DNA of 64,000 bases from Chthoniobacterales bacterium. Its GTDB lineage: Bacteria > Verrucomicrobiota > Verrucomicrobiia > Chthoniobacterales > JACTMZ01. This document shows positions 32,209 through 39,613 of the stretch, piece after piece. Location of the stretch: NCBI GenBank assembly GCA_014879535.1, contig JACSRX010000037.1, positions 32,629 to 96,628 on the forward strand, written 5' to 3'. The notes under the pieces are model-generated. The model was not told where the DNA came from, made no database searches, and saw only the letters and a list, made by a program, of their open reading frames with translations. The number at the start of each line of letters is the position of its first letter. The first letter of the stretch is position 1. A program made the position numbers and the translations under genes.

Positions 32209-32389
32209 GCCTCAACAATACGTCTGTTGCTTTTGCGGGGAAAGCATTCCATCTCAGGAATTGCTTTCATTAACTCTCGGTGCGCCGCTTGAAAATTCCG
32301 AAACACAGAATTTATACGCCCATCGCCTATGTCTAAAAACACGGATTCTAAATTCAATTCCCCTTCATCCTGATTTTAACGCCGATTAG
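32195..32389 (+). CDS. candidate Rhs immunity protein (64 aa, Cys/His-containing)
   Basis: ATG at 32195 overlaps the Rhs stop by 14 nt. Sequence: MDGNKPQQYVCCFCGESIPSQELLSLTLGAPLENSETQNLYAHRLCLK... Position and size are typical for cognate immunity genes. Confidence 0.55.
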   Translation: MDGNKPQQYVCCFCGESIPSQELLSLTLGAPLENSETQNLYAHRLCLKTRILNSIPLHPDFNAD

Positions 32390-32495
32390 TTGCCGTAAGG
32401 ACGGGTGAGGTGGGAAATCGAAAGCCTAACCTCCCCAGAACGAGGTCGCAGCGCCCGGGAAAAAGTCGAGAACTACTAACTGTGGGTGCCGTCGT

Positions 32496-32877
32496 ATGAA
32501 AAGTGCTTTGAAGATTTTGCTGGCAGGCATCATTGGCGTCGTGGTCATGGGGGCCTCTTTGCTTGCTAACCCTATGAAAATGGATCCATCAGAGATTGAG
32601 CAGATGTTGCTTCGCGAAAAGCCGCTCGGAACCCAAAAGGCTGAGATTGAACGCTGGTTGATCCACGAGAAGAAGCTGGCTCCTGTCTCATCGAACGTCG
32701 GTTTCCTACGTCAGGCCCCCGCCAAGCCGCGTGGTCGGTGTGAAGTCGATAAAAGCGAAGCTCGGAGATTACTGGAGTTTTCCATTCCTGAGCACGTCTG
32801 TCGTGGCCTATTGGGGATTCAATGAAAGGGATGAGTTAATTGGAATTTGGGTTTGGAAAACCACGGACGCGCCATAG
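32496..32877 (+). pseudogene. small secreted/anchored protein interrupted by a +1 frameshift at a C5 run
   Basis: The N-terminal frame (MKSALKILLAGIIGVVVMGASLLA...GFLRQAP) degenerates after 32716-32720 (CCCCC). The next frame continues as the plausible sequence VVGVKSIKAKLGDYWSFPFLSTSVVAYWGFNERDELIGIWVWKTTDAP*, ending at 32877. Confidence 0.5.
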
Positions 32878-32961
32878 CTGCCATATCAGCGAACGAGGCC
32901 AAGGGAGATTGACGCCCTCCTCTCGGCACGATGGTGATGTGATAATCAAGACGACTTGGCC

Positions 32962-33255
32962 ATGACCTTAGCTCTATCAATAATCTTGGCGACTTTCTGT
33001 GGGTATATGTTGGGACATCCTCGGGTAGCCCGTTTTGGAAGAATTTTTGGGCTTTTGGGTATTTTTCTGTTAGCGAACCTCCTGAACTGCTTGCCGTTCT
33101 TTACTGCTGATCCGCTTTCTTGGTGGAGAACCTTTTACACCGGCATGATCCAAATAGGTATAGCACTGCTCCTGTTCTTCGTTTTGCCTGCAGCGATCGC
33201 TTGTTGGGCGCGAATAAGAATCCGCACACGAAAAGCCGAAACAGCTTCGCCGTAA
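32962..33255 (+). CDS. small integral membrane protein (about 3 TM), possible orphan immunity protein
   Basis: ATG at 32962. Hydrophobic segments LALSIILATFCGYML, IFGLLGIFLLANLLNCLPFF and IQIGIALLLFFVLPAAIACWA. Basic tail. Confidence 0.45.
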   Translation: MTLALSIILATFCGYMLGHPRVARFGRIFGLLGIFLLANLLNCLPFFTADPLSWWRTFYTGMIQIGIALLLFFVLPAAIACWARIRIRTRKAETASP

Positions 33256-33364
33256 AACGTGCAGAAAACCGAGCGTCAGGGAACCTGCGGTTCCACCCGG
33301 GGACTCCGCCCATCGTCCCAACGCTCAGCGGCGGTCTCTTGGACTGGACTGATAGTGTGTAGAT

Positions 33365-34393
33365 CTAGGTGTTGCTTTCCAGTCCTACTGACACGCTGGC
33401 GGCAGCCCGGGCGAACCCAATAGGAAATTGGGTGTATGTTCGGTAGAGGGTGTCCAAGGGATCAAGGGCAAATGCGCTCTCGATATGTTCTTTTGATTTC
33501 CGGGCTCGGATGAAGTATCGCGGGAGTTGTTGAGATTGAGGAGGATTCCAAGGGCACCAGAGAATGATGGCATCTACGTTGGTGGATTTATCTTCCTTCG
33601 GCTTTCTGTCGGAGGTCTCTCTGGTTGACTGCTCGGTTTCTCCTAATAGTTCCGAATTGCGAGGAGCGAAGTAGTCATCAAGGCAGCGGAGGACTGCGTC
33701 CGTAATACCCCCATAGATAGTGACGGTGCCGACGTTGACTTCGTTTGGTCCGCTCTTGGCAAACCGATGGGAGACTTTGTCGAACAGGCCTTGAACTGGG
33801 AACATCGGATCGACGGCTCTCCTGACATCATTCTTTCGGCGTTTGACTTGGAGGTTCAGGGAGAAACCGTCATCAAAAATGAGGCGCCAGTCATTGTTTC
33901 CGCCGCTCACGGCTTTTGGAGAGGTGTCGACTTTGAATGTTCCCCTCCAACACCCCAACCACCAAATCTCATTTAAGACATTCAGCAGATCCTCTCGGTT
34001 TCGCAGGCGCTTCTTGAAAATTTCGACCCAGTTGTTCCCCAGCTTCTGTTGGCCGATGTCGCAAACTCTGGCGAGGTAGGTGAGCGGCGCGGTATCCAGC
34101 CAGGTGCCTCCATGCCATGCCGTTTTGGAGGGCGGATCAATGACGAGGGAATCTAGGTCGGCATTGTCGATCGAGGAGCTTTCGTCGCCAGTAAAAAACT
34201 CAATCTGCCTAGGGGCAGGCCAAGGGTGGTGCGTGAGGCGTTTTTCGAGTCCGACTCTTTCCATGAAGTCGATAACCAGGGGAGCGCGAGCAGCGGCGAT
34301 TTCCCTGTCGTAGCCGTTATGGGTCAGGGCGGCGATGATGATCTCCTCGCTGGGAATCGAGCCTGAGTCGCCATCTGTGGAAGATTGTTCCAT
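33365..34393 (-). CDS. hypothetical protein (342 aa), possible PD-(D/E)xK-like core
   Basis: Clean ORF with ATG in an AT-richer patch. The segment NNDWRLIFDDGFSLNLQVKRRK resembles a D...(E/Q)xK nuclease core, but this is weak. No other motif recognised. Confidence 0.5.
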   Translation of the reverse strand: MEQSSTDGDSGSIPSEEIIIAALTHNGYDREIAAARAPLVIDFMERVGLEKRLTHHPWPAPRQIEFFTGDESSSIDNADLDSLVIDPPSKTAWHGGTWLDTAPLTYLARVCDIGQQKLGNNWVEIFKKRLRNREDLLNVLNEIWWLGCWRGTFKVDTSPKAVSGGNNDWRLIFDDGFSLNLQVKRRKNDVRRAVDPMFPVQGLFDKVSHRFAKSGPNEVNVGTVTIYGGITDAVLRCLDDYFAPRNSELLGETEQSTRETSDRKPKEDKSTNVDAIILWCPWNPPQSQQLPRYFIRARKSKEHIESAFALDPLDTLYRTYTQFPIGFARAAASVSVGLESNT

Positions 34394-34526
34394 CGGGTGG
34401 TGTCAAAGACTCAACCTGTTAATTGGGGCTCGGATGAGTCAGGTCGGTCTGACCCCGATAGAGGGAACAGATCAAAATGAAGAGTTCAGTTGATCGTGGG
34501 TGATCGAGAAGGAGAAGCAGTGATCT

Positions 34527-34859
34527 TCACGTCACGAAGGTTTTCACCCCTCGCATCGGGTTCAAAACGCTCCCGTCCGGCTGCGGGGCTGGGTTGCAGA
34601 GACGAAGCTCAACAACATCTCGGTCGTCGATGAACAGCGTTGAGAGAGACCTCTTCAAATCCAAATGGCCATCAATCAGCGAGCCTCTCGAGGAGTTGAC
34701 GAAAAAGAAATATTTCAGGGCGCCAAAACCTTCAGGCGAGATATTCGAGTCGTCGAAATTATCCTGAGCAAGCGAGATCAACTCGCCGAGTGTTAAGTCA
34801 AACTCCTCAAGATATACCTCGAGTCCTGATGGAAGAAGTAATGTGGCTTTTTTTTCCAT
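34527..34859 (-). CDS. small protein (110 aa) with ubiquitin-like beta-grasp sequence pattern
   Basis: Start at ATG 34859 (MEKKATLLLPSGLEVYLEEFDLTLGELISLAQ...). It threads onto ubiquitin by eye: PSG.EV.LE, ISPEGF vs IPPDQQ, LIDGHLDL vs [15 protein letters not shown] vs LHLVLRL. It has a 23-aa tail instead of RGG. Confidence 0.45.
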   Translation of the reverse strand: MEKKATLLLPSGLEVYLEEFDLTLGELISLAQDNFDDSNISPEGFGALKYFFFVNSSRGSLIDGHLDLKRSLSTLFIDDRDVVELRLCNPAPQPDGSVLNPMRGVKTFVT

Positions 34860-35631
34860 TGTGGACTTCGTTCCTAAGGAGATTGAATCTTTTCGCTCTT
34901 TTTTGGGCACATTTAGTGCCGATTGACGCCAATTCTTTCCTGCGATCCCATTTCGTCTCCGTTCACTTGTCCGTGGCTTTATTTTACTGCACGCCGATAG
35001 CCACTTGCAAGTGGAACTTGTGTGACCTGCTGCACCATCAACGATCCAGATCATTCGGGTATAACCACTCCAAATTCATTATATTTCCTTTCTTAGCTTT
35101 CGTCAGCTTGTATTGCCGCCATGTCCCCGATACGCGGCTTTTGATCCGCTGGGCTTTCGAGGCTTTCGATTTTCCATCTCACCCGGCCGCATCCGAGGCG
35201 GACTTGGTCGCCCACCTTGAGTGGGTTCTTCGTGAATTTCCGTGGGGCGGCCCCGGCACGGATTGGAGGCTGGCTGGCGGGGGCTCCCGCGACGGGCGCG
35301 AGTTGCTCCCGAACCCTCCAATTTGGAGGGCGGGGGGCGACAGTTGCTCCTCTGCACAATCCCCTCACGCTCAGTGGCTAAGGGTTTGTGCGCCGGATCA
35401 ACTGCCGCCGGAAGTTGGCAGGCGCTCACGCGCATCATGGGCGACGCAAGCGCCTCGCCTCGCTCCGCTTGCTTCGATCTGTTCGTCTCTGTAAGTCTCA
35501 TCCCACGCTTTTTCACGAAGAGCCCTTGAGTGGGGCTGGGCTGACCAGCCCCGAAACGCTTTGCGTGGTCGAGCGTTTGCCCTTCTTCTCATGCTTCAAG
35601 GCTGCGTTGTAGCGGTATGCTTTCATAACTT

Positions 35632-36252
35632 TTACCAAGTGCTGTCTGCCACCAACATCACACCCGGGATTTCGTCGCCGTCGGCTGGTAGCTGCCAGCC
35701 GTGCTCGTCTCGGATTTTTTCACGCGCGGCGAGATCAGTCAAAAACCCGTATCGCTCATCCTCTGACCAGTCCTTGGGCGGGCGTTTGGTCACGGCTTCC
35801 CAAAACCCAGAGATTGCATTCTTGATGGCCTTAGCCGCCGAGGCTGCATTGTCCTTCTTAACTGCCTTAGCCTTGTCGTTCTTCTTCCCAGCCTCCGCCG
35901 TCTCCTGCAGGGTGTCGTAAAGAGCCCGGATCGACGAGAGTCTGTCAGGTAGCTGAGGGCTATTCCCACGGGAATAACGCGCGCTTATTGTCATCAGTCG
36001 TGATGCCGTCGGTTGTGAAATCTCCGGACAATTTTCCGCGAGCCAGCGCAACCAGTCGGTTTTGATCTCATCGCGTTTTGCGCGCAGCATGCTGCCCGCC
36101 GTCACGCACGCCGCGACGAATTGCTCGCTCGCGGTGGCGACCCCAACGAGGGAATGCGCCGCTTTCGCGTAGGCCTCGGAAATCTCCGCCGCGGTTACAG
36201 TTGTGACAGCAGCGTTGCCGCTGCTCGTTGTTGGTGTGTGCTTGTCTTGCAT
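35632..36252 (-). CDS. DUF3102-like plasmid/phage-associated protein
   Basis: 206 aa. The pattern GSMLRAKRDEIKTDWLRWLAENCPEISQPTASRLMTISARY resembles DUF3102 proteins found in mobile elements. Confidence 0.45.
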   Translation of the reverse strand: MQDKHTPTTSSGNAAVTTVTAAEISEAYAKAAHSLVGVATASEQFVAACVTAGSMLRAKRDEIKTDWLRWLAENCPEISQPTASRLMTISARYSRGNSPQLPDRLSSIRALYDTLQETAEAGKKNDKAKAVKKDNAASAAKAIKNAISGFWEAVTKRPPKDWSEDERYGFLTDLAAREKIRDEHGWQLPADGDEIPGVMLVADSTW

Positions 36253-36662
36253 AATTCTTTTCGCTCCCTGTGAACCCGCGTCGCCCGGATGCGCGCGCGT
36301 TCGCTGTCCTCGCGCCGGCCGCCGAAAAAGAACATTTCTAAGTCGCCTAAAAATCGCCCTTTTCGCATATCCCGCAGGCGCTTGGAAATTGCCGCGCGAG
36401 AAAGGCCGTGCTTGCGGCCAATCGCGGCTTGGGACTTCTCGTCCGAGCGGTTCACAAGCGCCAGTAGGCAGTCAGCTGAGAGCTTCAAGCCCGGATGCCG
36501 CGCGTTGCACAGGACCTGAAGAACACGCAGGACCGCGTCTGCAGCTGCAATTTCCGCGGCTTCCCCAGCCTGCGGCGGGTCGTCGAAAAAGCAAAAGTCT
36601 TGGTTCCCGTTTTTCGGGTCGTTCGAGGCCTGAGCGGCCGCGTCGTAAGTCTGTCTGTCCAT
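36195..36662 (-). CDS. HTH DNA-binding protein (sigma-70 region-4/LuxR-like HTH)
   Basis: Start at ATG 36662 (MDRQTYDAAAQ...). HTH segment SQAAIGRKHGLSRAAISKRLRDMRK. Confidence 0.45.
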   Translation of the reverse strand: MDRQTYDAAAQASNDPKNGNQDFCFFDDPPQAGEAAEIAAADAVLRVLQVLCNARHPGLKLSADCLLALVNRSDEKSQAAIGRKHGLSRAAISKRLRDMRKGRFLGDLEMFFFGGRREDSERARIRATRVHRERKELCKTSTHQQRAAATLLSQL

Positions 36663-36770
36663 TGAGGCCCCGGCCAAGGTTTCCCCCAGCCGGAGCAGTT
36701 GCGTGGGCAACCCAATCAACCCCGCGGGTTGGCGCTCACCCAAGAGCCAAGATCTTGTATATTTTTTGCT

Positions 36771-37352
36771 TCATAGCTCTCGACTTGTGGCTTTTTGGCC
36801 TAGTATTTTTCTGGCCATACGATCCTTGAGCCTTTGGATTTTGTCCTCTTCGGCTATGACCTCACTGGGCTTGAAGCAGAGGGGGATTTCGACCGTGGTG
36901 TTGCAGAGGTTAATCTTGTAGCCGCCTGCCTCGGGAGCTGTGACGGTGAGGTTTTCGATCCGTTCAATGCCGCTTTCTGCGAAGCTGACGAATCCCGGGT
37001 AGGTGCCTGTGGCAACTTTGAGGTTTTCGCACCCTCGGAAGCTGGCAGCTTCTCCATCGCAGTCGGTTTTAGTGACGGTGAGATTTTCGATCCGTTCGAT
37101 GCCGCTTTCTACGAAGCAGACCCACCCATGGAAGGTGCCGGTGGCAACTTTGAGGTTTTTGCACCCCCAAAAGCCGGCAGCGCTGTCATACTCATTTCTT
37201 CCTGTGAAGTGGAGTAGTGGGTTGAGGTGGGTGATTTTTGAGCCCGCCATGCCGCAGTAGGTAGTAATCTCCACGGGCTCTGTGAGCTTGGAAGCCCAAG
37301 AAGGGTCTTCCTCAATTAGAGCTTTGAACTCTTCTGCGGTAAGCTTTTTCAT
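36771..37352 (-). CDS. BspA-type LRR-like repeat protein
   Basis: 193 aa holding two 44-aa repeats: F(W/R)GC(K/E)NLKVATGT..G.V.F.ESGIERIENLTVT. The FxGCxxL motif is typical of BspA-like LRRs. Confidence 0.5.
   Translation of the reverse strand: MKKLTAEEFKALIEEDPSWASKLTEPVEITTYCGMAGSKITHLNPLLHFTGRNEYDSAAGFWGCKNLKVATGTFHGWVCFVESGIERIENLTVTKTDCDGEAASFRGCENLKVATGTYPGFVSFAESGIERIENLTVTAPEAGGYKINLCNTTVEIPLCFKPSEVIAEEDKIQRLKDRMARKILGQKATSREL
36940..37203. repeat. 2 x 132-bp tandem duplication inside the LRR-like gene
   Basis: GTGACGGTGAG(G/A)TTTTCGATCCGTTC(A/G)ATGCCGCTTTCT(G/A)CGAAGC... starts at both 36940 and 37072. The period of 132 bp equals 44 codons. Confidence 0.75.
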
Positions 37353-37702
37353 AGCTGCATCCCATCTAGCCCCGACTTTTTCTTGAGGAGCTCCGCGCGT
37401 TTTGCCGCGTTCTCAGCTAGGTCTGCGTAGGCCTGCTGTTTAAGCCTATAATCCCACCAGCCGTCGGGGTCGGAGGTTTCTAGCGACTTCTCGCAAACAG
37501 CGTGGGCCGCGGGGGCCTCGAGCTGCGGGGGCAGTGCGCGGGGACGCATCGCCTTGCCCGCAAACAAATCCGAATCATCCTCGTTGAGCTTCTTTGCAAG
37601 CCTCCGAATCATGCGGTTTTGCGCGGCTAGCAGGTCTAGCGTCGCTGCGAGGGAGGTTTCCAAAACGCCAACGCGTTTTCGTAGTTTTCGTATCTCTTCC
37701 AT
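37349..37702 (-). CDS. coiled-coil hypothetical protein
   Basis: 117 aa with a heptad-like N-terminus (MEEIRKLRKRVGVLETSLAATLDLLAAQNRMIRRLAKKL). The stop overlaps the start of the LRR-like gene. Confidence 0.5.
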   Translation of the reverse strand: MEEIRKLRKRVGVLETSLAATLDLLAAQNRMIRRLAKKLNEDDSDLFAGKAMRPRALPPQLEAPAAHAVCEKSLETSDPDGWWDYRLKQQAYADLAENAAKRAELLKKKSGLDGMQL

Positions 37703-37759
37703 GTTACTCTCGTTCTAGGCCCCACCGTCGAGGAAAGCCACATGTAATTTTATTTTTAT

Positions 37760-38989
37760 TTATAGTTGCGGCATGCGGATTTTTTCTAAAGGGCTCTTCT
37801 CTATGGCCGTCAGCTGTTGAGCGAGGCGGCGAATGTCCTGCAGGCTTCGCAAGGGCTGTTCGACAATTTGTGTCGCTCGAATTGAGATCATAATTCCCGC
37901 GCGAAGCTCCCGCGGGATCAAGCGCCAAGCGGTCAGCTTCATCGCCCGGTAAGCTAGAGGCCAAAGCCCCGTGCGGTGGTGGTAGGAGAGACCAGCCTTA
38001 ATGAGCCTTCGCTGCGGCTCTTGCTCTTCCTCTTTTCGCTTCCAGCCAGCATACCTTTTCTTGGCCTGCTCGTATTTTGCGCAAAGACCTTCTTGGCGGA
38101 AAAAGGTTTCGAGCTCGCGATCCATTACCCGCTGAATTTCGAGGTCAATGACGGGGCGGTCTCCTTTTTTCTCCAAGTTTCGCCTAGCGTTCGCAACCTT
38201 CCCCTCGGACAATAGGCCCGGGAAGTGCTGCTCGATTCGAAGCGTGTTGGCCGTCCAATCATCAGTGGTTATAAAGCTAGCCTTGGGGTATGGGGTGCCG
38301 TCCCCACTCACTTTGGGGATGTGGAGGTGAAGATGCGGGAAAAATGAATCGTTAGAGTTTGCATCGTAATGCACCCCGCCGCCCCAAGTTTCCCTGCCGC
38401 TGATTTCTTGGATCCTGGCCGCCGCCTTCTCGGCGAGGCAAAGCATGAGGTGGTCTCGCTGGCTCGCCGGCATTTCCTTTAGCAACCCCCAAGACCATGG
38501 CGGCGCTGTTGCCAAAAGACTTTGCGCACCACACCTATATCTGACGGTGTCTCTACGCTCCTTGCCTTCGCGAATGCGAATACGCACCCCGCGACGGCGC
38601 GTTCTCTCCATCGCCTTGGTTGCCGAGGTGTATTCATCACCAGCCGCGCGGCAGGCTTCTCTGCGTCTCATTTTGAAACAGAAGCCCACCGCGGGCACCG
38701 GCGTGATGCCTTCGACAATCCGCCCCCGCGCCGCCGAAAGCGTCGGCACCGGTTCCCAAGTGGTCTGGCCGCGCTCGCGCTTCTCCTTCTTGTCCTTTGC
38801 GTGCTGCTTTGAAGCAGGATCGTCATGGTCTACCGCGTGCTGCGTTAAATTCCTCATACCCCCAGAGGGCGGGTCAACCATGCAGAGGGAGGCGAGATGG
38901 GTTTTCTGGGCTGCGCCCACGAAAACAGGAAAAAAAGCCGGGCAGAGCCCAGCTTGTAATGGGACACATGGGATACTTGTATCCGGCAC
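37760..38989 (-). CDS. HUH-motif protein, putative Mob/Pre-type relaxase or Rep initiator (start uncertain)
   Basis: The motif GGVHYDANSNDSFFPHLHLHIP resembles the HxDE...PHxH / HUH metal-binding motif of Mob_Pre relaxases. The track start at 38989 is GTG. ATG alternatives are at 38881 and 38857. An oriT-like region adjoins the gene. Confidence 0.4.
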   Translation of the reverse strand: MPDTSIPCVPLQAGLCPAFFPVFVGAAQKTHLASLCMVDPPSGGMRNLTQHAVDHDDPASKQHAKDKKEKRERGQTTWEPVPTLSAARGRIVEGITPVPAVGFCFKMRRREACRAAGDEYTSATKAMERTRRRGVRIRIREGKERRDTVRYRCGAQSLLATAPPWSWGLLKEMPASQRDHLMLCLAEKAAARIQEISGRETWGGGVHYDANSNDSFFPHLHLHIPKVSGDGTPYPKASFITTDDWTANTLRIEQHFPGLLSEGKVANARRNLEKKGDRPVIDLEIQRVMDRELETFFRQEGLCAKYEQAKKRYAGWKRKEEEQEPQRRLIKAGLSYHHRTGLWPLAYRAMKLTAWRLIPRELRAGIMISIRATQIVEQPLRSLQDIRRLAQQLTAIEKSPLEKIRMPQL

Positions 38990-39020
38990 TTTTCCCTATA
39001 TTTCTCCCGTGCGCGCGCCC

Positions 39021-39120
39021 GCGGGGGATAGATATATGGGGTATAAGGTGCGGGGAGTAGTCTCCCATTTGTCCCACGGGGGGTAACAAATGGGGAAAAG
39101 AGTGCGGAGGGATATATCCC
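39021..39120. repeat. two imperfect ~46-bp direct repeats (iteron/oriT-like) ending in a 12-bp perfect palindrome
   Basis: 39021-39066 vs 39075-39120 match at 27/46 positions by hand alignment, sharing the core ATGGGG-N7-GTGCGG. GGGATATATCCC at 39109-39120 is a perfect palindrome. Confidence 0.5.
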
Positions 39121-39160
39121 ACACATCCCAAAGACGCATAAAAAATACTAAAAACAATTC

Positions 39161-39189
39161 TTGACAAATTTCGGAGGTTGCCCTAAATA
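39161..39189 (+). promoter_or_regulatory. sigma-70-like promoter (TTGACA-N17-TAAATA)
   Basis: TTGACA at 39161-39166, a 17-nt spacer, then TAAATA at 39184-39189. Lies in the AT-rich divergent intergenic region upstream of the xis-like/primase operon. Confidence 0.5.
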
Positions 39190-39273
39190 GATGGCGAGGC
39201 GCGAATAGTGCCTTACCCACTTGGGAAATAAGTGCCCAAGGGAAAGACTAGAGGAGACGGGGTGACACCACGC

Positions 39274-39304
39274 GCTAGGCCACCAAAACGGCCTAGCCTT
39301 TTTT
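39274..39304 (+). terminator. intrinsic-terminator-like hairpin with T-tract
   Basis: Stem GCTAGGCC (39274-39281) pairs with GGCCTAGC (39290-39297). 8-nt loop. Followed by C and then TTTTTT (39299-39304). Confidence 0.5.
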
Positions 39305-39355
39305 ATGCCCTCGTTAGGGGGTGGGGGTTGGGTCGAGAAACCAAAAACTCGACCA

Positions 39356-39613
39356 ATGAACAATACAAAATGCGGCCCCGGGAAAGCCGTAATTTCCCAA
39401 GAGACGGGGAGGGTAGTCGCCCTCGCCACCGACATTGCTGTGGCAATGGGAATTAACCCTGCCGTGCTCACGCTAGGCGTGCAGCGGGGTAACATTCGAC
39501 GCGAAGGCCGCTTCCTCGATGTAGATGACGCGGGGCGATATATCGCTTCCCGCGGCCCGGTCGGGCGGCCGCCGAAACAAAAACAGCAACCAGCGGAGGA
39601 GATACAGCCATGA
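39356..39613 (+). CDS. excisionase/AlpA-like small HTH protein
   Basis: Start at ATG 39356. Sequence ALATDIAVAMGINPAVLTLGVQRGNIRREGRFLDVDDAGRYI resembles excisionase-family HTH proteins. The stop overlaps the primase start (ATGA). Confidence 0.5.
   Translation: MNNTKCGPGKAVISQETGRVVALATDIAVAMGINPAVLTLGVQRGNIRREGRFLDVDDAGRYIASRGPVGRPPKQKQQPAEEIQP

Noticed and set aside
34790-35494. 234-aa plus-strand ORF spanning the gap between the Ubl-like gene and the DUF3102-like gene.
   Set aside because: The translation is low-complexity and overlaps the Ubl-like gene antisense. It has no start context or motif.
34860-35631. Several short, mutually frameshifted minus-strand reading frames. Examples are MKAYRYNAALKHEKKGKRSTTQSV..., ...REKAWDETYRDEQIEASG..., and ...KFTKNPLKVGDQVRLGCGRVRWKIESLESPA... 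They could be pieces of one decayed gene at the cargo/backbone junction.
   Set aside because: I could not assemble a convincing single protein or recognise any family. I left it as unannotated, possibly degraded, sequence and did not call a pseudogene.
38445-39086. 213-aa plus-strand ORF and neighbouring small ORFs overlapping the HUH-motif gene and the repeat region.
   Set aside because: They are antisense to the better-supported minus-strand gene and read through the non-coding repeat and palindrome region. The composition does not look protein-like.
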